A stretch of 64,000 nucleotides of DNA from Fibrobacteria bacterium (GTDB lineage Bacteria > Fibrobacterota > Fibrobacteria > UBA11236): contig JAYTSD010000032.1 of assembly GCA_043745805.1 (NCBI GenBank), positions 41,738 through 105,737 on the forward strand, in the 5' to 3' direction. Positions 30,960 through 38,760 of this stretch are shown piece after piece (positions within the stretch are counted from its first letter, which is position 1; the number at the start of each line of letters is the position of its first letter). Below the pieces are notes generated by a model. The model saw only the letters and a program-made list of their open reading frames with translations, did not search any database and was not told where the DNA came from. The translations under genes were made by a program, and so were the position numbers.

Positions 30960-31655
30960 CTACTGCGCTTGATAAGGGAATTCAATACCAACATCGATTT
31001 GATCCTCAGGATAATTGGGGGGAATAGGCGGTACATGATCTAAACGGATAACCGTATTTAAAGCATTTTCATCTAATAAGCTATTGTTAGAGCTTGCGGC
31101 AATTTTTGCATTCTCAACTAAACCATCACGCTGTACGGTGAAGCTTACTTTCACTTTGGTGGCGGCAGGAACTTCTAATCCTGCAGGAGGATTCCATAAT
31201 AAATCTGCTTTTTTTTTCACCCGATTAATCCATTGCGATAGACGCGGATCTGTGCTTGTGCTCACGGTTAATTGTTGCGGCATGTCGGGTTGTGCTTCGG
31301 CTGTGTTTTTCACCTTCAAAGTGGAATCTACATCACGTTTAACAACCTTGGGATCAGGTTTTTTTGAATCGGGTTTAGTGGGAGCCGGCGTTAGCTTGGG
31401 AGCTTCTTCTGGGCGTGTTGGCTCGGGCTCTGGAGCGGGGAGTTCCGGCGTTTTAACCTTAGGTTGTAAAGGCCGGATGCGAGGAGCTTCTAATTGCACT
31501 AATTCAATGAGAGGCACTTCGGAAGAGTGATGATTGGATAAGGTCGCCGCTAAAATGAAAAAAGCAAATATTGCGGCATGGGCCACAAAAGAAAAGCCCA
31601 TCGCTAAGCGCATTTTCGAATGGTCTTCGGCAGGAGCTGAAATAGTATTGGCCAT
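30960..31655 (-). CDS. tolA: TolA/TonB-family energy transducer
   Basis: TM containing SxxxH (SFVAH), Pro-rich linker, TonB_C-like end (SSNNSLLDENAL); lies between tolR and tolB. Confidence 0.8.
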   Translation of the reverse strand: MANTISAPAEDHSKMRLAMGFSFVAHAAIFAFFILAATLSNHHSSEVPLIELVQLEAPRIRPLQPKVKTPELPAPEPEPTRPEEAPKLTPAPTKPDSKKPDPKVVKRDVDSTLKVKNTAEAQPDMPQQLTVSTSTDPRLSQWINRVKKKADLLWNPPAGLEVPAATKVKVSFTVQRDGLVENAKIAASSNNSLLDENALNTVIRLDHVPPIPPNYPEDQIDVGIEFPYQAQ

Positions 31656-31656
31656 A

Positions 31657-32079
31657 CTAGCGGCGATGCGGCCTTTGCAATACAGGAGTGGGGTCGGTTA
31701 AAAAACCTAGTCGTTTGCCGCCTTGCCTTTGAATGGAGGCCACTAGCTCCATGACAAAGCCATAAGGGACGCTTTGATCGCTGTTAACAATAATGGCGGT
31801 TTCTTCATCGCCGGTCCATACCCTACGAAAATCTTTTTCAAAACTACGCGCATCCGAAGGTGCATCATTAATAAGGATTTCACGCTCTCTGGTTACCGTA
31901 ACCTGTATCGCTTTTTTTTCTTCTAATGAGGAGGCCTTGGCTTTAGGTAAATCCACTTTAATGCCTTGGCTCATGAGGGGAGCGGTAATCATAAATACCA
32001 CCAAAATAGCGAAAATAATATCGATCAGATTGGTGAGATTAATCTCTGGGGATAAGCGTAAGGATTCTCGTTTGCGCAC
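31657..32079 (-). CDS. tolR: TolR/ExbD
   Basis: EINLTNLIDII..LVVFMITAP, VDLP, DQSVPYG. Confidence 0.9.
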   Translation of the reverse strand: MRKRESLRLSPEINLTNLIDIIFAILVVFMITAPLMSQGIKVDLPKAKASSLEEKKAIQVTVTREREILINDAPSDARSFEKDFRRVWTGDEETAIIVNSDQSVPYGFVMELVASIQRQGGKRLGFLTDPTPVLQRPHRR

Positions 32080-32089
32080 AGAGCCTCGC

Positions 32090-32809
32090 TTATTTCGCGT
32101 TCTTTTCTAAAACACCCAAATCGACTCGCTTGAACATACTCACTAATTCGGATCCAAACGAAAACATGGAGGATTCCGCATTGCGATTAAAAGAAACAAA
32201 AAAGTTGTAGCCAATAGATCCTGGAATTGCCACGAATAAACCACCGAGAGTCGCGACGAGAGCTTCCGCAATACCAGGCGCAACCACAGTGATATTCGCC
32301 GATCCTTGTTGGCCTATTTCATAAAAGGCATTGATAATACCCCAAACTGTTCCGAGCAAACCTAATAGCGGGCCGGTTGCCGAACAAAAGGCTAAATAGG
32401 TTAAAAACTTATCATTGATTTCTTTTTCGGCATCCAAATTTCTCTCTACGGCATCCAAAACCAATTGGGCGCGATGTGGGAGCGAATCGTAGGAAACATA
32501 AGGCGATAAGCTTTCCATTTCCTTAAGCCCTGCTTGTGCGATGCGACCAAAAGGGGATTCAGGCATGGCCTTGGTTAGTTTTGCAATTTCTTGTAAAGTA
32601 GGCTGAGAACCTAGAGACGATTTCCATTTTTTAAAAAACGCTTTCTTTTTTTTATTCTCATTCCATTTTTTAAAAAGTATAGCCCAAATGCCTACTGATA
32701 ATAAGGCCATAACAAAAAGTGTTGCCAAGCTAGTTGGCCCACTTTTGCCAAGAATGTGCAGAAGAGGAATATTTCCGAACATAGAGATCCGTTCTGGTTT
32801 AAAGTCCAA
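32090..32809 (-). CDS. tolQ: TolQ/ExbB proton channel
   Basis: GPLLGLLGTVWGI, VAPGIAEALVAT..GLFVAIP. Confidence 0.9.
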   Translation of the reverse strand: MDFKPERISMFGNIPLLHILGKSGPTSLATLFVMALLSVGIWAILFKKWNENKKKKAFFKKWKSSLGSQPTLQEIAKLTKAMPESPFGRIAQAGLKEMESLSPYVSYDSLPHRAQLVLDAVERNLDAEKEINDKFLTYLAFCSATGPLLGLLGTVWGIINAFYEIGQQGSANITVVAPGIAEALVATLGGLFVAIPGSIGYNFFVSFNRNAESSMFSFGSELVSMFKRVDLGVLEKNAK

Positions 32810-32902
32810 TCAGAGTATTTCAATTTAAAAAGATTTGGGAAGAAAAGTGTCGTTTAGATACGATAGGTCAATTTTTGGGCTTGCTAAATTTATTAGAGCA
32901 GT

Positions 32903-34258
32903 TTATCCAAGGGCAAGTAATAGTCGATCGACGCGGGCTTTAAATGCAATTTCCTTTTCCATGGTCTGTTCCACTTTTTTAATACTGTGAATCACCGTGG
33001 AATAATCTCGTCCAAAGGCCAAACCAATAGTATGCAGGGAATTATCGGTGAGCTGACGCGCTATATACATAGCGACTTGTCGCGGTTCGGCGACATGCTT
33101 TTTACGGGTTTGGGAAGTTAATAAAGGAACCGTGGTTTCGAATTCATGTGAAACCTGCTCCAACACCTTTTTAATGGTAATGGGTTGGTTTACATTGCGA
33201 ATGGTGTCTCCCAAAATTTGCTTGGCAATGGTAACGGTTATCGGCATATGCGTGAAATGAGAATACGCGGATAGCTTGATTAAGGTACCTTCGAGTTCAC
33301 GTACATTGGAAGTTACATGACTAGCTACATAAGATAGGACATCATCATTGACGCAAGAATCGAGTTGGCCATCGCTTTTCTTTTGTAAAATAGCGAGACG
33401 GGTTTCGAGATTAGGCGGTTGTAAATCAGCCAATAATCCATTATCAAAGCGAGACAAAAGGCGCGTGTGCAGGCCTTTAATTTCGGCAGGCGGCCTATCG
33501 GAAGTGATAACGATTTGACGATTAATGCTTTGTAAAACATTAAAAATATTGAAAAATTCATCTTGGGTACTTTGCTTGCCCGCGAGAAATTGAATATCAT
33601 CGATTAATAAAATATCAGCATCTTTGTAAACCTGATAAAAAGCGCGTGAGTCTTTGTTTTTTTGAACGAACTCAATGTACTCGCGGGTGAATTCTTCGGA
33701 AGTACGGTAAACAATTTTACGTGCAGTTTCATTATCGAGGCAAAAGTGAGCAATGGCTTGTAATAAATGTGTTTTGCCCATACCTGTTCCCCCATATAAA
33801 ATGAGGGGGTTGAAATTAGTTTGACTAGGTGCTTCGGCAACAGCCATGCAAGCTGCATGGGCGAGTTGATTACAATCCCCGATTACAAAATTATCAAAGG
33901 TGTATTTTAAGTGTAAAGGTACTGTAACATCCAAGATAACCGAGTTGGAATGTTTGGTGGTTTCTACCGGTGTTGCTGGAGTATAAATTTCCAGTGTAGG
34001 CGCTGAAGTTGAAACTGAAAAAATCGCAGAAACCAATCGGCCTAAACGATTTTGCAATGCCGATTCGATAATAGCTTTATAGTGATGCGCTACATATTCC
34101 AATACAAAGTGATTAGGAACACCTATGGTGGCTTCATTACCGCTAAAAGCCAATAGCTCTAGCGAGGGAAACCAAGTATGAAAAGCGGACTCAGAAACTT
34201 GCACGCTTAAATCATCAAGGCATTCAGACCAAAGGGAACTCTCGTTGCATTGAATCAA
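32903..34258 (-). CDS. dnaA: Chromosomal replication initiator
   Basis: YTFDNFV, NPLILYGGTGMGKTHL, LLIDDIQF, RLLSRF, NVRELEG, PRQVAMY, FGRDYSTV; TTG start. Confidence 0.96.
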   Translation of the reverse strand: MIQCNESSLWSECLDDLSVQVSESAFHTWFPSLELLAFSGNEATIGVPNHFVLEYVAHHYKAIIESALQNRLGRLVSAIFSVSTSAPTLEIYTPATPVETTKHSNSVILDVTVPLHLKYTFDNFVIGDCNQLAHAACMAVAEAPSQTNFNPLILYGGTGMGKTHLLQAIAHFCLDNETARKIVYRTSEEFTREYIEFVQKNKDSRAFYQVYKDADILLIDDIQFLAGKQSTQDEFFNIFNVLQSINRQIVITSDRPPAEIKGLHTRLLSRFDNGLLADLQPPNLETRLAILQKKSDGQLDSCVNDDVLSYVASHVTSNVRELEGTLIKLSAYSHFTHMPITVTIAKQILGDTIRNVNQPITIKKVLEQVSHEFETTVPLLTSQTRKKHVAEPRQVAMYIARQLTDNSLHTIGLAFGRDYSTVIHSIKKVEQTMEKEIAFKARVDRLLLALG

Positions 34259-34380
34259 AGTTCTGTCTCCATCCTATTTTGGAAGCGATAAGATAATTTT
34301 AATTGGGAGCTTGAGGGAAAATTTTGCAAGACTTAATCATATTTCGTAAAGAAAAAAAATCGTCATAAATTATCACCACT

Positions 34381-34398
34381 TGTGAACAGCTATTCACA
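34381..34398. promoter_or_regulatory. Pair of inverted DnaA-box-like sites upstream of dnaA
   Basis: TGTGAACAG-CTATTCACA: 2 and 1 mismatches to TTATNCACA, in an AT-rich region. Confidence 0.5.
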
Positions 34399-34479
34399 AA
34401 TAAATTGCAACAAATATTTTTTTTTCTTGATCTTTAATTTGAAAGGATATAGAATGCCCAATTTACTTTAAGTTTAAGT

Positions 34480-34507
34480 TAAAGTTTTTCCTCAATTATC
34501 CCGATGT
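34480..34507 (+). promoter_or_regulatory. Candidate sigma-28 promoter
   Basis: TAAAGTTT-N12-CCCGATGT versus consensus TAAAGTTT-N11-GCCGATAA; spacer 1 nt too long. Confidence 0.4.
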
Positions 34508-34535
34508 TAATGTATACCCAAGGGAGAATTTCAAA

Positions 34536-35303
34536 ATGCTGGATATTAATACACTTTCTGCAGCAAAAAATTTAATCCCTGCCACCCCGAATAGCTCAAC
34601 TTATCGATCCGAAAACTCTATCTCTGGCAAAAACCAAGAATCTGAAAAGTTATTGGAACAAAATGCGCAGAAAATTTCTTCAACGGGATACAAATTAACC
34701 CTAGCTAATCAAAAACCTCTTAAAGCTAAAAACGAAGCTGAAAATGAAGCAGTAATTGAGAACAAAACTAAAGATGCCACTGAATTTGAGAATCGCCAAA
34801 CATGGGTTATTCAAGTTAAGGCACAAATTTTAGAACAACAAAAACAATTATTAATCGCAGGTTTGAATTTACAAGATTCAGAAACGGCGTCTTTATTTGC
34901 TTCATCCAAAGATGCGGATAAGCAAAATTCCGAAATAATAAAGGTTCCCGAGGCCTTGGTAAATAATCAAGCCATACCTTTGGACTCAGTAGATTCAGGG
35001 TCAAATAGTAATTCTGCCGAATATTGGAATGCAGAAAATACTTCACAAAGAATTGTGAATTTTGCCACTAACTTTATTAGTTCGGTGGGTGGACAGGATA
35101 GTGCCTTCGCACAAACTTTAAGAGATGCCATTGCCGAGGGATTTCGACAAGCACAAGGGATAACCGGTGCTCTGCCTGGGGCTGCGGGCAAATTATATGA
35201 GGACACCTTTACGGCCACCTTTAACAAGTTTGATAAATGGGTTGAAGAATTTAAGGCCAGCCCCTATACTCAAAAGACAGGCAATCCGTTAACTGCAAAT
35301 TAG
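34536..35303 (+). CDS. DUF5610-like protein
   Basis: C-terminal YWNAENTSQRIVNFA...AIAEGFRQA...LYEDTF motif; low-complexity N-terminus without signal peptide. Confidence 0.6.
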   Translation: MLDINTLSAAKNLIPATPNSSTYRSENSISGKNQESEKLLEQNAQKISSTGYKLTLANQKPLKAKNEAENEAVIENKTKDATEFENRQTWVIQVKAQILEQQKQLLIAGLNLQDSETASLFASSKDADKQNSEIIKVPEALVNNQAIPLDSVDSGSNSNSAEYWNAENTSQRIVNFATNFISSVGGQDSAFAQTLRDAIAEGFRQAQGITGALPGAAGKLYEDTFTATFNKFDKWVEEFKASPYTQKTGNPLTAN

Positions 35304-35318
35304 TGTGATGAGGCGAAT

Positions 35319-35756
35319 ATGGAAATTCGAATTAGTAATAGTAATCAAATAGCTCTTTTTATTGTGAAGGGCAAGATTACTTGGGAAAATTCTCGGGTTT
35401 TGGATACACAAATAAACAAAGTTATTGAAAATGCATGCACGCATATCGTTTTCAATTTAGATGATGTCACTTTTTTATGTAGTGGTGGAATTGGCGCTTT
35501 GATTTACAATATGAAAAAAGTTCAGGACCAAGGTGGAGATATTTTTATTGTGTCGCAAAGCGATTATATCCAATATCTATTTGCCACCATCGGATTCAAT
35601 ATTATTTTTAACGGCAAAATATTTCATACTTTTGAAGAGTTCTCGGAAACGGTTTTAGTTCCCAAAGGACTAAGTCTAAACATCTTGGATTCGCAAACAA
35701 CCGTTGTGGCAACGGAAGAACATCGCTTTGCCACCAAAACTAAAAATGCCGCTTAA
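35319..35756 (+). CDS. STAS-domain anti-sigma factor antagonist
   Basis: VKGKI, IVFNLDDVTFLCSGGIGALI (SpoIIAA-like Ser motif). Confidence 0.85.
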   Translation: MEIRISNSNQIALFIVKGKITWENSRVLDTQINKVIENACTHIVFNLDDVTFLCSGGIGALIYNMKKVQDQGGDIFIVSQSDYIQYLFATIGFNIIFNGKIFHTFEEFSETVLVPKGLSLNILDSQTTVVATEEHRFATKTKNAA

Positions 35757-35826
35757 CTCGTTTTTGTAATAACAACAGATTGAGATTCCTTTTTTTACTT
35801 TTTTAGAAGTAAAAAAGGAGCTTTTA

Positions 35827-36903
35827 TTGTTCGATTCTTTTCCTCTTAAACTAAAACCTATTCTCCAAGAAAAAATTTGGGGCGGTGATGGACTGCATCG
35901 TTATTTAGGAAAAGGTCAAGCGACAGATAAAAGCATGGGTGAGTCTTGGGAGTTGTCGGATAGAGATGGCTTTGCAAGTATCATTGAAGCGGGTACTTAT
36001 CAAGGAAGAAATTTATATGAACTGCTGCAAGAATTCCCCCAGGAAATTTTGGGGACTCCAAAAATTTCGAGTACACATACCACTAATATAAAAGTAGTAT
36101 TTCCTTTACTTTACAAATTCATTTATGCACGAGATGCCCTTTCAGTACAAGTTCATCCTGGTGAAAACAATCCCTTGGGCGAGGCCAAAACCGAGGCATG
36201 GTATATTGTACATGCTCCCGAAAATGCACAGCTAATTGTGGGATTGCAAGCCGGATTAAGTGCAGAAGCCACCCTGCAAATTTTGCAATCAAAGGATTGT
36301 GAAAAAGCTTTACAAAAAATAAAAGTACAAGCTGGAGATATGCTATTTATCCCTGCGGGTACCGTACATGCAATTACAGCGGGTTTATTGATTTATGAAG
36401 TGCAGCAAAATTCCGACACCACTTTTCGTTTATACGATTGGGGAAGAATGGATGATGCCGGTAAACCTCGTCAGCTTCATATTCAAGAATCGGCGGCGGT
36501 TATTGATTTTACTCCTCACAGAGAACATAAAATCAATCCTTTGAAAATAAAAAAAGTAAGCTATAAAGTAGAATATTTAGTAGTCTGTAAATATTTTGCA
36601 ATTATAAAATACTCGGGTTTAACAGAGATTATGCCTTTTTCAACAAAGAATAGATTTTGTGTATTTACTTGCTTAATCGGAAGCTTTATTTTACAAAGCG
36701 CTGATAAAACCCTGAAAATGCATAGCGGTGATACATGGCTTATTCCCGCGGCCTGCGAGGATTTGACAGTTACCGCGCAAGACTTGGGCAGCCAATTTTT
36801 ATGCAGTTATGTTCCTGATATCGCAGTAGATATTATTGCGCCCTTGCACGCAGCAGGTTTTGCTAAAGAGGTAATTAATCAATTGGGTATAAATTATGGC
36901 TAA
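35827..36903 (+). CDS. manA: Mannose-6-phosphate isomerase, class I (cupin)
   Basis: EKIWGG, GESWE, FPLLYK, LSVQVHP, KTEAW, AGTVHAI, EVQQNSDTTFRLYDWGR; TTG start with AAGGAG RBS. Confidence 0.88.
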   Translation: MFDSFPLKLKPILQEKIWGGDGLHRYLGKGQATDKSMGESWELSDRDGFASIIEAGTYQGRNLYELLQEFPQEILGTPKISSTHTTNIKVVFPLLYKFIYARDALSVQVHPGENNPLGEAKTEAWYIVHAPENAQLIVGLQAGLSAEATLQILQSKDCEKALQKIKVQAGDMLFIPAGTVHAITAGLLIYEVQQNSDTTFRLYDWGRMDDAGKPRQLHIQESAAVIDFTPHREHKINPLKIKKVSYKVEYLVVCKYFAIIKYSGLTEIMPFSTKNRFCVFTCLIGSFILQSADKTLKMHSGDTWLIPAACEDLTVTAQDLGSQFLCSYVPDIAVDIIAPLHAAGFAKEVINQLGINYG

Positions 36904-37747
36904 ATCAGTTTCTAAAAGTAAAGCTATTCCTCCATTAGGTTTTGGTTTGGGTTTGCGCATACCTCATTATGCATATATTTTTGAACATCGCCCCCCTGTT
37001 GATTTTTTTGAAATCATCTCGGAGAATTTTATGGTAACTGGCGGGTTTCCTTTGCAAAATCTGGAAAAGATTTTGGAAAGTTATACTGTGGTGATGCATG
37101 GCGTTTGTATGTCTTTAGGATCGGCGGATAAACTGGATTGGGAGTATATGAAAAAGCTCAAAGCCTTGGCTCGCAAAACCAAGGCACCATGGTTTAGTGA
37201 CCATCTATGTTGGACTCGCCATAATAGTCATCACTATCATGATTTGCTTCCCTTACCTTATACGGATGCGGTAATCAAGCATGTCGCTGAAAAAGCGCGT
37301 CAGGCGCAAGATTTTTTAGAAATTCCTTTTGGCATGGAAAACCTTTCCGCCGTCGCGGATTACACCTCATCGCAAATGCCGGAATGGGAGTTTTACCGTA
37401 ACGTAGTGGAGAAATCTGGATGTTACATGATGCTCGATGCGAATAATATTTACGTCTCCTCTCGCAATCATCTCTTTAATCCGATAGATTATGTGAATGG
37501 ATTGGATTTGTCAAGAACTTTGCAAATTCATTTAGCGGGACATACGGATAAAGGCGAATATGTTTTAGATACGCATGATCAACATGTTCGAGATGAAGTC
37601 TGGGAGATTTTCAAAGCGATTTATACAGGTATTAAAAAGTTTGGAAAAGACGTGGCGACCATGGTAGAATGGGATGATAACTTTTTATCATTTCCCGAAA
37701 CTCATGCCGAAGTATTAAAAGCTAAATGCATAGTCGAAGCTTTATGA
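36896..37747 (+). CDS. DUF692 multinuclear non-heme iron oxidative enzyme (MNIO; BufB/HvfB/ChrH-like)
   Basis: GLGLR..HY, EIISENF, HGVCMSLGS, WFSDHLCW, HDLLPLPY, ENLS, LDANNIYVS, QIHLAGH, DTH, EWDD. Confidence 0.93.
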   Translation: MAKSVSKSKAIPPLGFGLGLRIPHYAYIFEHRPPVDFFEIISENFMVTGGFPLQNLEKILESYTVVMHGVCMSLGSADKLDWEYMKKLKALARKTKAPWFSDHLCWTRHNSHHYHDLLPLPYTDAVIKHVAEKARQAQDFLEIPFGMENLSAVADYTSSQMPEWEFYRNVVEKSGCYMMLDANNIYVSSRNHLFNPIDYVNGLDLSRTLQIHLAGHTDKGEYVLDTHDQHVRDEVWEIFKAIYTGIKKFGKDVATMVEWDDNFLSFPETHAEVLKAKCIVEAL

Positions 37748-37785
37748 TTTCGAATTAATGATTATTACGGATAAAATAAAGACAT

Positions 37786-37819
37786 AAAAAAAGGGCTTAC
37801 CTTGCAGTAAACCCTTTTT
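37786..37819. terminator. Bidirectional intrinsic terminator between the MNIO gene and the precursor gene
   Basis: AAAAAAAGGGCTTAC-cttgca-GTAAACCCTTTTT hairpin with A/T tails on both sides. Confidence 0.8.
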
Positions 37820-37837
37820 GAACCTTAAAGGTTACTC

Positions 37838-38236
37838 TTAGGCTTTACAGCCACCCAAGCCTTTGCATTCATTATGACCTTTACAGCCATGAGCTTTGCC
37901 AGCTTTATCCGCAGCCATACCCATTTTTTTGGCGGCTTCAGATAAATCTTTCTCACTCATTTTGCATCCGCCTTTGCCTTTGCAAGAATTCATGCCTTTG
38001 CAGCCATGTTTATCTTCAGCAACAGCGGCCGCAGGGGCAGCAGCACTATCTGTAGCAGGAGCCACAGCAGCTTTAGTAGAATCGGCCTTGGCTTTATGAG
38101 CTTTTTTAGCAGTATGCATTTTAGCAGCTTTAGGAGCCACAGCTGCTGAATCTTCAGCGGAAACTTGTGCAACAGAAAGCATGCCTGCGGCAATACCTGC
38201 AACTGCTAATTGAGCGAATAAATTGGACTTTTTCAT
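37838..38236 (-). CDS. Exported Cys-rich MNIO precursor peptide (bufferin BufA2-like)
   Basis: Signal peptide, Ala/Lys linker and two repeats HGCKGxNxCKGxGGCK (6 Cys); adjacent to the DUF692 gene. Confidence 0.82.
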   Translation of the reverse strand: MKKSNLFAQLAVAGIAAGMLSVAQVSAEDSAAVAPKAAKMHTAKKAHKAKADSTKAAVAPATDSAAAPAAAVAEDKHGCKGMNSCKGKGGCKMSEKDLSEAAKKMGMAADKAGKAHGCKGHNECKGLGGCKA

Positions 38237-38285
38237 AATACCCTTTCTATGAGTGAGTGATGAGTGGAGTTTTGTTAAGATTTTA

Positions 38286-38519
38286 TTATTTGGCTGCAGC
38301 AGTGCTATCAGCTACTTCAGCTTTTTTCTCAACTTTAGCTTTCTTAGCCTTCTTAGCTTTTTTTACTGGCTTGGTGGTGTCCGCAACAGCAGGAGCTTTA
38401 GTAGCTTCTACGGCAGGGGCAGCAGCTGGAGCAGCAGCAGCGGTTTCAGCGGCAGAAACAGTGAGCATGCTGAAAGCGATACCGGTAGCGATCATTTTAA
38501 CGAGAGTTGACTTGTTCAT
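38286..38519 (-). CDS. Small exported Ala/Lys-rich protein, Cys-less paralogue of the precursor N-terminus
   Basis: MNKSTLVKMIATGIAFSMLTVSAAE... from ATG 38519 with AGGA RBS; shares GIA..ML, KKA.KAK and ADST motifs with 37838..38236. Confidence 0.7.
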   Translation of the reverse strand: MNKSTLVKMIATGIAFSMLTVSAAETAAAAPAAAPAVEATKAPAVADTTKPVKKAKKAKKAKVEKKAEVADSTAAAK

Positions 38520-38760
38520 TTTTATTCCTGTGTAGAATGTTATTTGTTTCCCAGTTAGCAATGTAAACTGGTTTTAAGAGTCAGGCCCGTAAATGTATTA
38601 AAAAAGGTCAATTACTGTCATTTTTTTGGCAAAATACCAGAGGGATTTTCATTTTTTGCCTCCAGTTATATTATAAATACCAATCTTTTCAGAAATAAGC
38701 TTTATGGAAGTGTAAGTATCTCGAATTAAAAAAATGTTACAAATAAATTTGCAAATAATT

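Noticed and set aside
34259-34535. oriC call
   Set aside because: Only two degenerate DnaA boxes are visible, which autoregulation would explain; GC skew cannot be assessed from this window.
37896-38535. Plus-strand Ala/Leu/Ser-rich ORFs opposite the precursor genes
   Set aside because: Antisense shadows; the minus-strand ORFs have an RBS, signal peptides and a terminator.
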